Shown one piece after another: positions 36,489 through 45,682 of a stretch of 64,000 bases of DNA. The notes under the pieces are model-generated. The model was not told where the DNA came from and ran no database searches. It was given only the letters and a program-made list of their open reading frames with translations. Numbering within the stretch: position 1 is the first letter of the stretch; every line of letters begins with the position of its first letter. The translations under genes and the position numbers were made by a program. Source of the DNA: Pyrobaculum sp. (GTDB lineage Archaea > Thermoproteota > Thermoprotei > Thermoproteales > Thermoproteaceae); contig JBEULK010000076.1 in assembly GCA_041287325.1 (NCBI GenBank), positions 2,852-66,851 on the forward strand. Direction: 5' to 3'.

Positions 36489-37571
36489 CAAGCGGCGGCC
36501 AGGGCCTTGGAAGTACTTGTAGATGGGCTCTAACAAGGAATTTAGGGTCTCCGCCGCGGCTGTTTTTAAATCTGCCGGGTGGATCCTTCCCTCTTTGTAC
36601 AACGTCTCTAGCTCCTCGTAGCGCCACACCTCCAGGTCTCCTCCGTACTGGGCGGGTCTCTTTATAACAAAAGGAGTCTTCCTCTCTTCGCGGAATGCGG
36701 AAATACGTATCAGCTCTAACACTGGGTTGTACTCTACGTCGCGGGGCGGGCAGTAGGCCTTGGAAATCTTCTGCCTAACCTCCTCCGGGCTGTCGTGGAC
36801 AAATATGGCGCTCTGAGGAATGCTCTTCGACATCTTCAACTCGCTGAGCTCCTCCTTACTGCTGGGCTTCGTGGAGATGTTTAATGCGGGTAGTAGCCTG
36901 TGGTGTAACGCCACTGGCTTTACCCTCTTGCCGTTTACAGTAAGTGGATAGAACCTAATCTTGTCTGCCACTTGTCTTGCCAAGATGTGGGCCCTCCTTT
37001 GGTCAATTCCGCCGTGTGGAATATGCGCCTCCAGCGCAAATACATCGGCGACTTGTAACGGCGGGTATACCAAATAGGCAAGGGGGATAGACTCTCCCAT
37101 CTTCCTCCCCAGAATCGTCAAACTGTGTCTCACCTGGGACAAAGTCACATGTCTTGTAATATCCATCAACAAGAGCCAATACTCGTCGTTGTGGTGGTAG
37201 AGCTCTGAGCCTAGCACAAAGCGTGTGGCGTCTGGGTCTCCGCCGAGCGTCTCAATAATCTTCTTAAAAGTCTCCACGTAGTAAGTCACCGCAACCCTCC
37301 TAATTGTGTCTAAGTCCCCTCCGAGCTTGCCGTTAAGCCAGGAGTGGATGTCTGCGAGGAAGACGGTGGTCCTAACGCCGGCTTTTTGGAGGTCAACCAC
37401 CTTCGACATGCTCACAATGCCGGTACCTATGTGAATAAAGCCGCTTATCTCAAACCCAATGTAGTGGTTCAGTTTATACCCCCCTTGGAAGAGCTCCCTC
37501 AGCTCTTCGACTGTGAGAACCTCCTCGGCGGGGTACTTAAGCACAAGCGACAACTTAGTCTCTACATCCAT
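36453..37571 (-). CDS. tyrS: tyrosyl-tRNA synthetase
   Basis: Collinear with archaeal TyrRS ([54 protein letters not shown]). Start set at MDVETKL (ATG 37571) rather than the track start at 37619. Confidence 0.9.
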   Translation of the reverse strand: MDVETKLSLVLKYPAEEVLTVEELRELFQGGYKLNHYIGFEISGFIHIGTGIVSMSKVVDLQKAGVRTTVFLADIHSWLNGKLGGDLDTIRRVAVTYYVETFKKIIETLGGDPDATRFVLGSELYHHNDEYWLLLMDITRHVTLSQVRHSLTILGRKMGESIPLAYLVYPPLQVADVFALEAHIPHGGIDQRRAHILARQVADKIRFYPLTVNGKRVKPVALHHRLLPALNISTKPSSKEELSELKMSKSIPQSAIFVHDSPEEVRQKISKAYCPPRDVEYNPVLELIRISAFREERKTPFVIKRPAQYGGDLEVWRYEELETLYKEGRIHPADLKTAAAETLNSLLEPIYKYFQGPGRRLLEEMRNISITR

Positions 37572-37600
37572 GCTTCTAAAAATAGTAGTAAATTTAAACG
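37572..37600. promoter_or_regulatory. 29-bp bidirectional promoter with two opposed TATA boxes
   Basis: CTAAAAATAG (37576-37585) lies about 20 nt upstream of the ATG at 37601 (+). AAATTTAAAC (37590-37599, read on the minus strand) lies about 23 nt upstream of the ATG at 37571 (-). Confidence 0.4.
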
Positions 37601-38056
37601 ATGTCATGCATCGAGGCAACGCTAAGAGGCGAGGTGCCGTACGACGTCTTTACAGCCAGGGGTCATCAGAACATAACTGCGCTCAACACCAAGACGTTAG
37701 AAATCACAAAAGACTCCTACGTGACGAAGAGAGGCGACTGTATCGTGGCCTGTTGCTCTGAAAAAGCGGCGGGAGAGTTGAGAAATGAGGTAAGAGAGGC
37801 AATGAAGAAAAGAGGGGAGGTGGTGGTGATAATAGACGCTGGAATGTTTTTTGACTACGTCTTGGCGTACACGCCAGGCGTTATGCCGACATCAAAGTGG
37901 CGGATAGTGGTGAGAAAAAGCGCGTATGTAGACGACTCCACCGTGGCGATATTAAGCAGAAAAGCCGCCGCAGATTTAGACAGGAGACTCGTAAGAGAGC
38001 TTAAAAATGGCATCCCCGTGAGGATAGTGGTGGGCGTCTGCCCCATACGTATTTAA
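37601..38056 (+). CDS. DUF371-like protein
   Basis: 151 aa. [32 protein letters not shown] matches the DUF371 signature as I remember it. Confidence 0.6.
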   Translation: MSCIEATLRGEVPYDVFTARGHQNITALNTKTLEITKDSYVTKRGDCIVACCSEKAAGELRNEVREAMKKRGEVVVIIDAGMFFDYVLAYTPGVMPTSKWRIVVRKSAYVDDSTVAILSRKAAADLDRRLVRELKNGIPVRIVVGVCPIRI

Positions 38057-38076
38057 AACTAAGAGGCGTAGATACC

Positions 38077-38757
38077 GTGTCGGCGTGGGATGAGGTAAGG
38101 CGGCTTTTAGCCAGGAAGCTCTTCCACGTCCTTTTCGCGGCTTTAATGGCAGTGCCCTTTGTCTACAACGTGCCTTTCGAGTACTATGTAACCTCACTTG
38201 TTATAATAAGCGGCTTGGTGTACTCCATACAAGTCAGGCAACCCGCCACGTGGAGAGAACTGCGTCAAAACTTTTTCAAAACTTTCGAAGAAATTTTCGA
38301 AAGACTAGAACAACTACTCCCCTTAGACAAGCCCGAGCTTAGGTCGCAGTACTTCAAGACATTGCGTCAACTAGAGGAGCTGATAGAATCTGCCGAGAGA
38401 GATTACGAGAAGAGACACGGCTACCTAGGCATTTTAATGGGAGCCGTGGGGTTTCTCGCGGCATACGTAATGTTTGGGAAGGGACCTCTTCTTGCGTCAA
38501 TCATCAGCATGGCGGTGTACGACGCAGTTAGCGCCATAGCAGGCACGGTGGTGAAAAGCCGTAGAGCGGGTAAAATCTCAGTAAGCGGCACTTTGCTGGG
38601 CTTCTTTGCAAACATACTTGCCTTAATAGCCGTCGGCTTCAGCCCCCCCTCGGCCCTGTTGATAACAGCACTTGTAGTACTCGCCGACGCGTTCAGCCCA
38701 GAGGATAACCTAACAATCCCAATAGCGGCCGCCGCGGGGGCCTACTTCCTCCCGTAA
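38077..38757 (+). CDS. membrane protein, possibly polyprenol/dolichol-kinase-like
   Basis: 226 aa. An N-terminal RKLFHV motif followed by TM helices, with a helical soluble insert. The assignment is weak. Confidence 0.35.
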   Translation: MSAWDEVRRLLARKLFHVLFAALMAVPFVYNVPFEYYVTSLVIISGLVYSIQVRQPATWRELRQNFFKTFEEIFERLEQLLPLDKPELRSQYFKTLRQLEELIESAERDYEKRHGYLGILMGAVGFLAAYVMFGKGPLLASIISMAVYDAVSAIAGTVVKSRRAGKISVSGTLLGFFANILALIAVGFSPPSALLITALVVLADAFSPEDNLTIPIAAAAGAYFLP

Positions 38758-39080
38758 AAAATCCCCTCAACTCTTACCCCCAGCCTCTTAGCCGCAGAAG
38801 CCAGACGCCCGTCGTCAGTCACGAGAACACACCCAGTTTCCAGCGCCAAAGCCAACACAGAGGCGTCTGCCGCGGAGAGACCCTTAAATTTTTGCAAGAC
38901 CTCTCTAACTCTTGTCCCCTCCACCTCAACCACCCTGACCCCCAGGACCTCTACAGCGGCCTGGGCCCTCGGATCTCTTAACTCCTCCACCACTTCTTTA
39001 GTTGTGTATAAAACGCCTGTAAAAATCCTTAAGTCTCTGCCGTGGAGAAAAGCGGACGTGTCTAAGACGTGGCAACTCAT
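38742..39080 (-). CDS. PIN-domain nuclease-like protein
   Basis: 112 aa. Acidic PIN residues (VLDTSAF, ..EVVEEL.., LVTDD). Its ATG overlaps the NAD kinase stop (ATGA). Confidence 0.7.
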   Translation of the reverse strand: MSCHVLDTSAFLHGRDLRIFTGVLYTTKEVVEELRDPRAQAAVEVLGVRVVEVEGTRVREVLQKFKGLSAADASVLALALETGCVLVTDDGRLASAAKRLGVRVEGIFYGRK

Positions 39081-39808
39081 AGACTCCTAAGCCTTTCCAT
39101 TACTCTAGATAGGAAGTTAAACTCGCCGAAGACGGCTAACTTCAGCGTCTTGTCCCCCCGCCCAATCACAAACCTCCTCCCCTCCTCACCTCCGCGCCCA
39201 TCGCACAGCGCCACCGCGTCCTCGGCGGCTTCAACCTCCACGTATTTAGACGAGAGGACTAGGGGGCGTAGGAAAAGGGTGTAAGGGGCTATGAAAGACA
39301 CCACCACCGCGTCTAACCTGTAGTCTACAACAGGCCCGAACGTAGACGCCACGTAGCCAGAAGTCCCATGAGGCGTTGAGACTAAGACCCCGTCCGCCCT
39401 CCCCACCACTTGTCCCTCCGCAGTCGCCACTCTAAAACTCAGAAGCTTCCCCAGCTCCCTCCGAAAAATGGAGATCTCATTCACGGCAATGCAGTTGCCC
39501 AGACGCAGGGTAGACAACTCCACTACTTTATACTCGCCTCGGCTGACGCGGCTCACCGCCTCTTCTAATGGAATAGAGATATCTGCGCTACGGTAGAAAT
39601 TAACTCTGCCCATCCCCAAATGAACCACTACCGAGTCCAAGACACAGGGATATCTTCTCGCAGCCTCAAGCAGAGTCCCGTCTCCTCCAAGAATAAAAAC
39701 GTGGGTAAAACGTTGGCTACAACTCAACTCAACGGCGCCGTATTTTCTCATCGCGACCTCAGCCACGTGGCGTAGGTCGGGGCGGTAAAACACGGCGAAC
39801 ACGGACAT
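39077..39808 (-). CDS. nadK: NAD kinase
   Basis: 243 aa. GGDGTLL, NEI..R, STPHGTSGY. Confidence 0.85.
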   Translation of the reverse strand: MSVFAVFYRPDLRHVAEVAMRKYGAVELSCSQRFTHVFILGGDGTLLEAARRYPCVLDSVVVHLGMGRVNFYRSADISIPLEEAVSRVSRGEYKVVELSTLRLGNCIAVNEISIFRRELGKLLSFRVATAEGQVVGRADGVLVSTPHGTSGYVASTFGPVVDYRLDAVVVSFIAPYTLFLRPLVLSSKYVEVEAAEDAVALCDGRGGEEGRRFVIGRGDKTLKLAVFGEFNFLSRVMERLRSL

Positions 39809-40103
39809 AAACTAACCCCTTATTTAATTTATATGTAAAAGACGCAGAGAAGTTCCTTGAGGAGGGGTTTTTGAAGTACTCTACACCTGTAACATCGACG
39901 TATTAATAATCTCGAAGAACTACGTAGTAGAACTGCCTCGAAAATATGCAAGACGAGATGTGGAAAACTAGCCCAAGAGCTATGCGGCAGATGTCTATGT
40001 ATAGACGACGGGAGTAGGCAATATCTCATAAAATTCTACACACTTAAGACAGAGGTGGAAAAAATCGGGGAGTTGTTGAGACTAGCCGCTGAGAAAAAAG
40101 GCC

Positions 40104-41951
40104 TTACAATAAGTACTGGAACTCCTCTAAGCCAAGTCTTTTCAACGTCTCATAAGTAGGCTTGCCGTCTACCCAGCCTCTCAGTTTGTAGTACTCCTTA
40201 ATCCCCTCGTCGAACATCTTAGAGGCAGTGTGCCCAGTAGCCGGGCCGGTCTTGATAGGCTCTCTCATCTTCGGCGGCAACTCGTCCTTGAGCCATTTGC
40301 CCTCTTTTACGTGGAATAGCCTCTCTATGTTGAAAATACGCTCGCCAACCACTAGCAAGTCTTGGCCTGTAACGCCCCAGTCAAACGCCGCGTTGAACAA
40401 GTCCGCTAGGTGCTTTTCAAATATGCCGTCTTTGTCCAACGTGGCAAACTTACAGTAAGTCACCGAGTCTGTCAACGCCATTAAATGCTGGGCGTAGATT
40501 ACTAACCTCACCTGTTTCGAAATACACTCGGGGGTCTCGCATAGTGGGTCTACCTTCTCGGGGACTCCCAACACCTCCCAAGTGGGGCTGTAGGCCTCTA
40601 GGTGGTCGCCGCCGCGGTTTGCCGTGACGTACGAAATGGCGAAGCCCTTCAAAGCCCTGGGGTCGTAGGCCGGGAAGCCTTGGCCTCTAGAGCCTACAAA
40701 GGCGTCGGGGGCTCCGTATTTATTCGCAAGCCTCCAGTCGCCCTCAGCCAAGTCGTCTCCAACGTCGTCTCTGTAGGCAGTCTTGTAGACAAGATCAATA
40801 AGCGCGCCGGCGTCGCCCCAGTCGATGTCGTACTTGATCTTACCCCTCTTGACTAGTTCTAAGAATGTGCCTAGGGTGTTGCCCAGCGATATGGTGTCAA
40901 GGCCAAGCTCGTTGGCGAGCTTTTCCAACTTCAAAACGGCGTCTGGTTGCCCGAGCCCCAGATTGCCGCCTAGCGACCAGGTGGACTCGTACTCATACTT
41001 AATCTTCTCGCCGGCTACTTTATAGGGACCTGAGGTCACTACAGTCATCTGTGTGCATTGTATAGGACATAACATACATGCATGGACTTCCTTGACATAG
41101 TTTTGTTTGATATACTCTCCGCTTAGCTTATCAGCTTGTTCAAAGTACCCAGTTTCAAAGTTACGGGTGGGGTACCCGCCTATAGAGTTGATTATATTTG
41201 TGAGGAGGTTGGTGCCGTACTGGTGCAACGCCTTTGAGGTAGCTGCGTTCATCAACATTGTGGAGTACTCAGTGGCCACTTTCAAGAACCTCTGTTTATC
41301 CACAAGCTCTCTCATTGGGTAGTGGGTGCCCCACACCACAATGCCTTTCAGCTTCTTGGCGCCTGCCACTGCGCCGAGCCCGCCGCGTCCCGCGAAGCGC
41401 TCGTAGTCGCTGAAGCGTAGCCCGGCGATACGGACGAGGTTCTCGCCGGCGGGGCCGATCGTCATGACGCCAGCCTTTTTCTCATCTGGCTCAAAACCTG
41501 CGTCTTGTAACAACGCCCTCGTGGCGGCGCCGGTCCACTTGCCCCATATATGCTTCGCGGGCCTTATGGCAACCTCTCCGTCTTTAATTAGAATGTAGAC
41601 GGGGTCCTCTGCCTTTCCCTCAATTATTATGCCGTCGTAGCCCGTCCTCCTGAGCCAGTAGGCGAAGTTGCCACCTGCGTTGGAATGAGTGTAAGACCCT
41701 GTGAGAGGGCTTTTGCCCACTACGGTTATACGACTTGTGGTCAAGTTCGCAGTGCCCGACAGAGGACCTGCAAATATGTACAGCTTATTCGACGGCGACA
41801 GCGGGTCTATGCCGCGGGGCAACTCCTTCAGAGCCAGATAGGCGCCTAGCCCCCTGCCGCCTAAGAACTTCTTCACCACGTCTTCTTTGTAGACCTCCTC
41901 GCTGACTTTTTCTGTGGACAGATCTACTCTTAATATTTTGAACACCACCAT
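40104..41951 (-). CDS. aor: tungsten-type aldehyde:ferredoxin oxidoreductase
   Basis: 615 aa. N-terminal ILRVDLS....E....KKFLGGRGLG, Cys motifs CMLCPIQC, and an AOR-family C-terminal domain. Confidence 0.92.
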   Translation of the reverse strand: MVVFKILRVDLSTEKVSEEVYKEDVVKKFLGGRGLGAYLALKELPRGIDPLSPSNKLYIFAGPLSGTANLTTSRITVVGKSPLTGSYTHSNAGGNFAYWLRRTGYDGIIIEGKAEDPVYILIKDGEVAIRPAKHIWGKWTGAATRALLQDAGFEPDEKKAGVMTIGPAGENLVRIAGLRFSDYERFAGRGGLGAVAGAKKLKGIVVWGTHYPMRELVDKQRFLKVATEYSTMLMNAATSKALHQYGTNLLTNIINSIGGYPTRNFETGYFEQADKLSGEYIKQNYVKEVHACMLCPIQCTQMTVVTSGPYKVAGEKIKYEYESTWSLGGNLGLGQPDAVLKLEKLANELGLDTISLGNTLGTFLELVKRGKIKYDIDWGDAGALIDLVYKTAYRDDVGDDLAEGDWRLANKYGAPDAFVGSRGQGFPAYDPRALKGFAISYVTANRGGDHLEAYSPTWEVLGVPEKVDPLCETPECISKQVRLVIYAQHLMALTDSVTYCKFATLDKDGIFEKHLADLFNAAFDWGVTGQDLLVVGERIFNIERLFHVKEGKWLKDELPPKMREPIKTGPATGHTASKMFDEGIKEYYKLRGWVDGKPTYETLKRLGLEEFQYLL

Positions 41952-41970
41952 AGACGTGTAGAAGTCTTCT

Positions 41971-41980
41971 ATTTTTAACA
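41971..41980 (-). promoter_or_regulatory. TATA-like box for aor
   Basis: The minus strand reads TGTTAAAAAT, centred about 24 nt upstream of the ATG at 41951. Confidence 0.4.
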
Positions 41981-42124
41981 GTTAATAGTTTACGAAATTT
42001 AAATTTATAATCAAACTAACAAGTTGGGGGATCAATAGTTCTTATTCTTAATGATGAGTTTTTAATTATAGTTAATTTTAAATTTCTCAAAGATAACTTA
42101 GCACTTGTTACATAGTATTATGTG

Positions 42125-42137
42125 TAAATTTAAAAAG
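42125..42137 (+). promoter_or_regulatory. TATA-like box for the nuoJ-N unit
   Basis: TAAATTTAAAAAG, centred about 25 nt upstream of the ATG at 42156. Confidence 0.4.
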
Positions 42138-42155
42138 GCCCTCCTACAAACAGCC

Positions 42156-42557
42156 ATGGAACTATACCTCGTCTCGACCATCTCCCTGTTGGCCCTCCTC
42201 TTGTTCCTAGCCAAGGACAACATATACGCCTCTCTCTTGTTAGCCGCCGTCGGCGTAGCAGTTGCGCTGGGGGCCGCGGCGTATAAGGGCCCCATTGCGT
42301 TTATCCTCGTCTCGCTGGTCTACGTTGTGGCGTCGCTGACGCTTGTAATTGTGGCGGCCGCGTCTATCGGCGACGCGCCTAAGACTATTTCTGTGAGGAT
42401 CACGGCGCCGCTGGCCTTGTTGTTAATCCCAACAGTTTTCCTAAGCGTGCCTAAGGCAGGCGCCGCGCAGCCAGCTGGCTTGGACTACGTCCTCATCCCC
42501 TTGCTTGCAGTGTTTGTAATCTACGCGTTGAAAATAGCCATTGAGATGTCCATATGA
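42156..42557 (+). CDS. nuoJ: complex-I subunit J-like membrane protein
   Basis: 133 aa from the ATG at 42156 (the track start at 42105 is a TTG inside the AT-rich promoter). 4-5 TM segments. Position before the nuoK-like gene, with ATGA coupling. Confidence 0.55.
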   Translation: MELYLVSTISLLALLLFLAKDNIYASLLLAAVGVAVALGAAAYKGPIAFILVSLVYVVASLTLVIVAAASIGDAPKTISVRITAPLALLLIPTVFLSVPKAGAAQPAGLDYVLIPLLAVFVIYALKIAIEMSI

Positions 42558-42790
42558 CGGAGTTGTTGGTAATCGCGGCTCTTGCAACAATAGGCTTGGC
42601 CGTCATTGCAACCGCCGTCTCACTGGTAAGAGTAGTCATCGGGGCGGAGGTGTTGACGCTGTCTGCCATATACGCGGCGGCGGTTTACGGCGACTTAAAT
42701 ACGTTGGCGGTGGCCGCCGGAGTGGGGGTGGTGGAGACGCTGATGCTAGTCGCCACGTTGTTCAAGATGGCTAAGGAGGGCTATGTATGA
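42554..42790 (+). CDS. nuoK: complex-I subunit K-like membrane protein
   Basis: 78 aa with about three hydrophobic helices and a conserved acidic residue in a TM (..GAEVLTL.., VVETLML). Assigned mainly from context. Confidence 0.5.
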   Translation: MTELLVIAALATIGLAVIATAVSLVRVVIGAEVLTLSAIYAAAVYGDLNTLAVAAGVGVVETLMLVATLFKMAKEGYV

Positions 42791-44063
42791 GCTGTTTGTA
42801 CTGACAACAGTTCTTGCAGTTGTATTGGCGTTAGCCGCGGTGCGTCTAGGCGTGCTGGCTGGCTTGGCGTCGATTGCCGTGATGTTTGCCTACCTGGCGT
42901 TGGGCGGTAGGCACGTCTTGTTGGAGAAGGTGCCGTATATAGGAGACGTGGCGGTGTCGGCAACTCCCGATAAGTTACCCTTTATGGCAGTTTCCCTAGT
43001 CCTGGGGCTTTTAGCCACAGCCTACGCCCCCCGGTACCTGAGCCACGTCCGCGCGGAGAAGTGGTACTACGCGGTGAACTCGTTCTACGTGTTGTCCTTT
43101 GTCTGGCTAATCATGTTTGAAAACTTGGTGTTCGTCTTCCTCGCCCTTGAGCTGAGTATCATCACCAGCTTCCTCCTCATATGGTACTTCGGCTACGGGA
43201 ATAGGAGAGTGGTGGCCCTCTTGTACTTTATATGGGCCCAGGTGGGCTCTATCCTGTTCCTAGTGGGGACAGCCTTGGGCCAGTCTTTCGACGCGGCTAC
43301 GTTTAAAGCCTACGGTACGGCGGCCCTCTTACTACTAGTCGGGATGTTAATCAAGATGGGAACTCTGGGCGTGCACTTCTGGCTTCCCTACGCCCACGCC
43401 GAGGCGCCCACTCCTCTCTCCGCCCTTCTGAGCCCTGTACATGTGGGGCTTATGTCGTACTGGATATGGAGGCTGAAGGCTGGGACGGACTGGCCGCTGG
43501 AGGCGCTGTACCTCTACGGCCTCTTGACGGCGATTTACGGCTCCCTCCTCGTGTTTAGGGAGGTGGATATAAAGAGGGCCCTCGCTGATTCCACCATCGC
43601 CAACATGGGGCTTTTAGTTGCCGCTGCCTCTATTAAGGGCGGGTTCGGGTACTGGGCCACCGCCTTGTTATTTACTTCGCATGCCTTCGCGAAGGCGGCG
43701 GGCTTCATGCTCTCTGGTATATACATCGTACAGCTACACACAAGAGAGATAGATCAATTGGCGTGGGACCGCAAGATGCTTGCCCTTGGGCTCCTCGCTT
43801 TCGTGGCCTTGTCGGGGGTGTTTGGGCTGGGGCTTGTGGCTAAGATATACGTAGCCCTAGGCGTGCCTCACAGTGTCTCAGCAGTTGTCTTGCTGGTTGT
43901 TGCCTTGTTCTCCACGGCGTTGTACAACTTTTATCTTTTCAATAGGATGTACAGGGCGGGCGCAGGTGAGGTAAAGGCGCCTGTAGACATGTACTATACC
44001 TCGCTCATGGCCGCCGCCATGCCTTACGTATTGCTCGCGGCGTTGCCATGGCTACTCCACTAG
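42783..44063 (+). CDS. nuoM: complex-I antiporter-like subunit M
   Basis: 426 aa. WLPYAHAEAPTPLSALLS (NuoM/ND4 signature). Confidence 0.78.
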   Translation: MYELFVLTTVLAVVLALAAVRLGVLAGLASIAVMFAYLALGGRHVLLEKVPYIGDVAVSATPDKLPFMAVSLVLGLLATAYAPRYLSHVRAEKWYYAVNSFYVLSFVWLIMFENLVFVFLALELSIITSFLLIWYFGYGNRRVVALLYFIWAQVGSILFLVGTALGQSFDAATFKAYGTAALLLLVGMLIKMGTLGVHFWLPYAHAEAPTPLSALLSPVHVGLMSYWIWRLKAGTDWPLEALYLYGLLTAIYGSLLVFREVDIKRALADSTIANMGLLVAAASIKGGFGYWATALLFTSHAFAKAAGFMLSGIYIVQLHTREIDQLAWDRKMLALGLLAFVALSGVFGLGLVAKIYVALGVPHSVSAVVLLVVALFSTALYNFYLFNRMYRAGAGEVKAPVDMYYTSLMAAAMPYVLLAALPWLLH

Positions 44064-45682
44064 AATACATACTAGCCGTAGCCTTCTTAACGCCTCTGGC
44101 GGACCTGGCAACTAGGAGAGGCGTCGCGGCGCTGGCGATAAGCGCCTACGTCCTGTACGTAGCCGCCCTTGGAGACGCCTCGCCGCTTACCAATTTTGTA
44201 AAATTCGACGAGTTAACCAGGGGCTTGTTCATATTCATAAGCGGGGTATACTTCGCCGTGTCTGTCTATTCCTACTTCTACATGAGAGATGCGGAGAGAA
44301 GGGGGTGGTTCTGGGCTTGGATGAACCTCTTCTACGCTTCCATGCTCATTTTCGTCGCGGCGGACCACTACGTTTTGCTAATCCTAGGCTGGGGAGGCCT
44401 AGACGTAGCCAGCTGGAGCCTGATCTTGACGTACAGAGACGACGACGAGATGGGACGCGTAGGACCCGGCGATCGGAAGTGGGGCCTCCTCTGGCTCTGG
44501 ACGCCCAGCTCCTCGGCCCTGCGGGCTATTTTGACCGTGGAGGTAGGCTCAGCCTCTCTGCTGGCCGGCATGGGCCTTGCCTCTGCGGCCTACAACACGC
44601 CGTACATCTCTCAGTGGGGTCAGCTGGGGGAGCTCTCCACAATGTTAGTACTACTCGCCGCCTTTGTGAAATCTGCCCAGTTGCCCTTCACAGACTGGCT
44701 CATGACCGCCATGTCCGCCCCCACGCCGGTAAGTGCCCTTCTACACTCCTCTACAATGGTCAAGGCGGGGCCTATACTGTTGTTAAAACTCCACGGAGTG
44801 CTGAGCCCAGCGGCCGCGCCCGTGGCATTTGCAGTAGGCGTCGCCACGGCGCTTTACGGCGGACTCGTGGCGCTGGGGCAGAGAGAGCCTAAGGTCCTCC
44901 TAGCCGCCTCGACAACCTCTTACCTGGGGCTAATCACCGCCTACGCCTTGAAGAACCCGGAGGAGGCCCTGTGGCTTATCTACGCACACGGCGTTGCCAA
45001 GGCCGCCTTGTTCATGGCAGTGGGGCACGCCATACACGAGACCCACAGCAGAGCCCCCGAGGAGTATCCACTCTCCTCAAAGATAACCATGGGACTAGCT
45101 CTCCTAACCCTTGTAGGGCTCACGCCTCTTGGCGCCCTGGCCAAGGCCCATGCAGAGCTCTGGACCTTAGCCTTCAGTGCCCTTACGGCCGGGTATTTGG
45201 GGAGGCTGATCCTGAGGACCGCCACGGAGACGACCATAGGCGCAATGGCGGCGCCGTACACAGCCTTGGCGGCCTCCAGCTTGGCCTTCCCGCAGTTGCC
45301 TAACCCCATATGGGCCGTGGCGCTTCTAGGCATGGCTCTTGCGTATGTGCCTCCTCCGGAGGCGTTGACAAGGCGGCTCTGGCTACCCTGGCTATTTGAC
45401 GTGTTGGCCCCCCGCGTCTTTAACTATGTAAAGAGCTTTGCGGCCAGGGCAGACGAGCTACTAGATAAGGTGTTGTTTAGAACACAAGAGCTTTGGCACA
45501 TGGCAGTTGCCGCGGTCACTGTGGCAGACCACGCAGTGGACATCGCGCTCCACGACGGCTTTACAGAGGCCGTGAGGAGGGCGTCACGAGCCGTGTCGGC
45601 TAGGAACTTCGACTACTACATATACGTAGGAGGCGTGGGGGTAGGCGTCTTGCTACTGTTGGTGTTGATATGGATCTACTAG
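44048..45682 (+). CDS. nuoL: complex-I antiporter-like subunit L
   Basis: 544 aa. KSAQLPFTDWLMTAMSAPTPVSALLHSSTMVKAG (NuoL/ND5 signature). Confidence 0.85.
   Translation: MATPLEYILAVAFLTPLADLATRRGVAALAISAYVLYVAALGDASPLTNFVKFDELTRGLFIFISGVYFAVSVYSYFYMRDAERRGWFWAWMNLFYASMLIFVAADHYVLLILGWGGLDVASWSLILTYRDDDEMGRVGPGDRKWGLLWLWTPSSSALRAILTVEVGSASLLAGMGLASAAYNTPYISQWGQLGELSTMLVLLAAFVKSAQLPFTDWLMTAMSAPTPVSALLHSSTMVKAGPILLLKLHGVLSPAAAPVAFAVGVATALYGGLVALGQREPKVLLAASTTSYLGLITAYALKNPEEALWLIYAHGVAKAALFMAVGHAIHETHSRAPEEYPLSSKITMGLALLTLVGLTPLGALAKAHAELWTLAFSALTAGYLGRLILRTATETTIGAMAAPYTALAASSLAFPQLPNPIWAVALLGMALAYVPPPEALTRRLWLPWLFDVLAPRVFNYVKSFAARADELLDKVLFRTQELWHMAVAAVTVADHAVDIALHDGFTEAVRRASRAVSARNFDYYIYVGGVGVGVLLLLVLIWIY

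Larger units (their letters stand above)
41952..42155. promoter_or_regulatory. unusually AT-rich divergent intergenic region (aor / nuoJ)
   Basis: Hand counts over 41961-42140 give 20%, 23% and 27% G+C per 60 nt. Three ATAGTT-containing words and three AAATTTAAA-like words are present. Confidence 0.4.

Noticed and set aside
37572-37619. The N-terminal extension of tyrS in the track ([16 protein letters not shown]).
   Set aside because: Archaeal TyrRS alignment begins at MDVETKL. The extension would overlap the divergent DUF371 gene start and the two TATA boxes.
39809-40103. ORF 39829..40029 (-), and a Cys-rich plus-strand frame (CKTRCGKLAQELCGRCLC..) in the 295-nt spacer between nadK and aor.
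   Set aside because: The minus-strand ORF is compositionally non-protein-like. The Cys-rich frame has no ATG, GTG or TTG start after its upstream TAA and runs into the aor 3' end. The region is left unannotated and probably holds the nadK promoter.
42049-42057. AATGATGAG in the aor/nuoJ spacer looks like a C box (RUGAUGA) of a C/D-box sRNA.
   Set aside because: No CUGA D box or C'/D' pair at an appropriate distance on that strand. The surrounding sequence is nearly pure A/T and would give no usable guide.
41952-42155. The AT-rich region as a replication origin.
   Set aside because: No repeated ORB-type dyad elements, only a single G-string, and no orc1/cdc6 or whiP gene adjacent. Two divergent promoters already explain part of the AT-richness.
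44305-44892. Long alternative-frame and antisense ORFs in the GC-rich genes (for example 44305..44892, 44971..45303, 50313..50786, 54513..55010, 61346..61975, 62029..62439).
   Set aside because: They overlap genes with strong family signatures, and encode Arg/Pro/Gly/Ala-rich low-complexity strings. They are the expected stop-poor shadow frames of GC-rich coding DNA.
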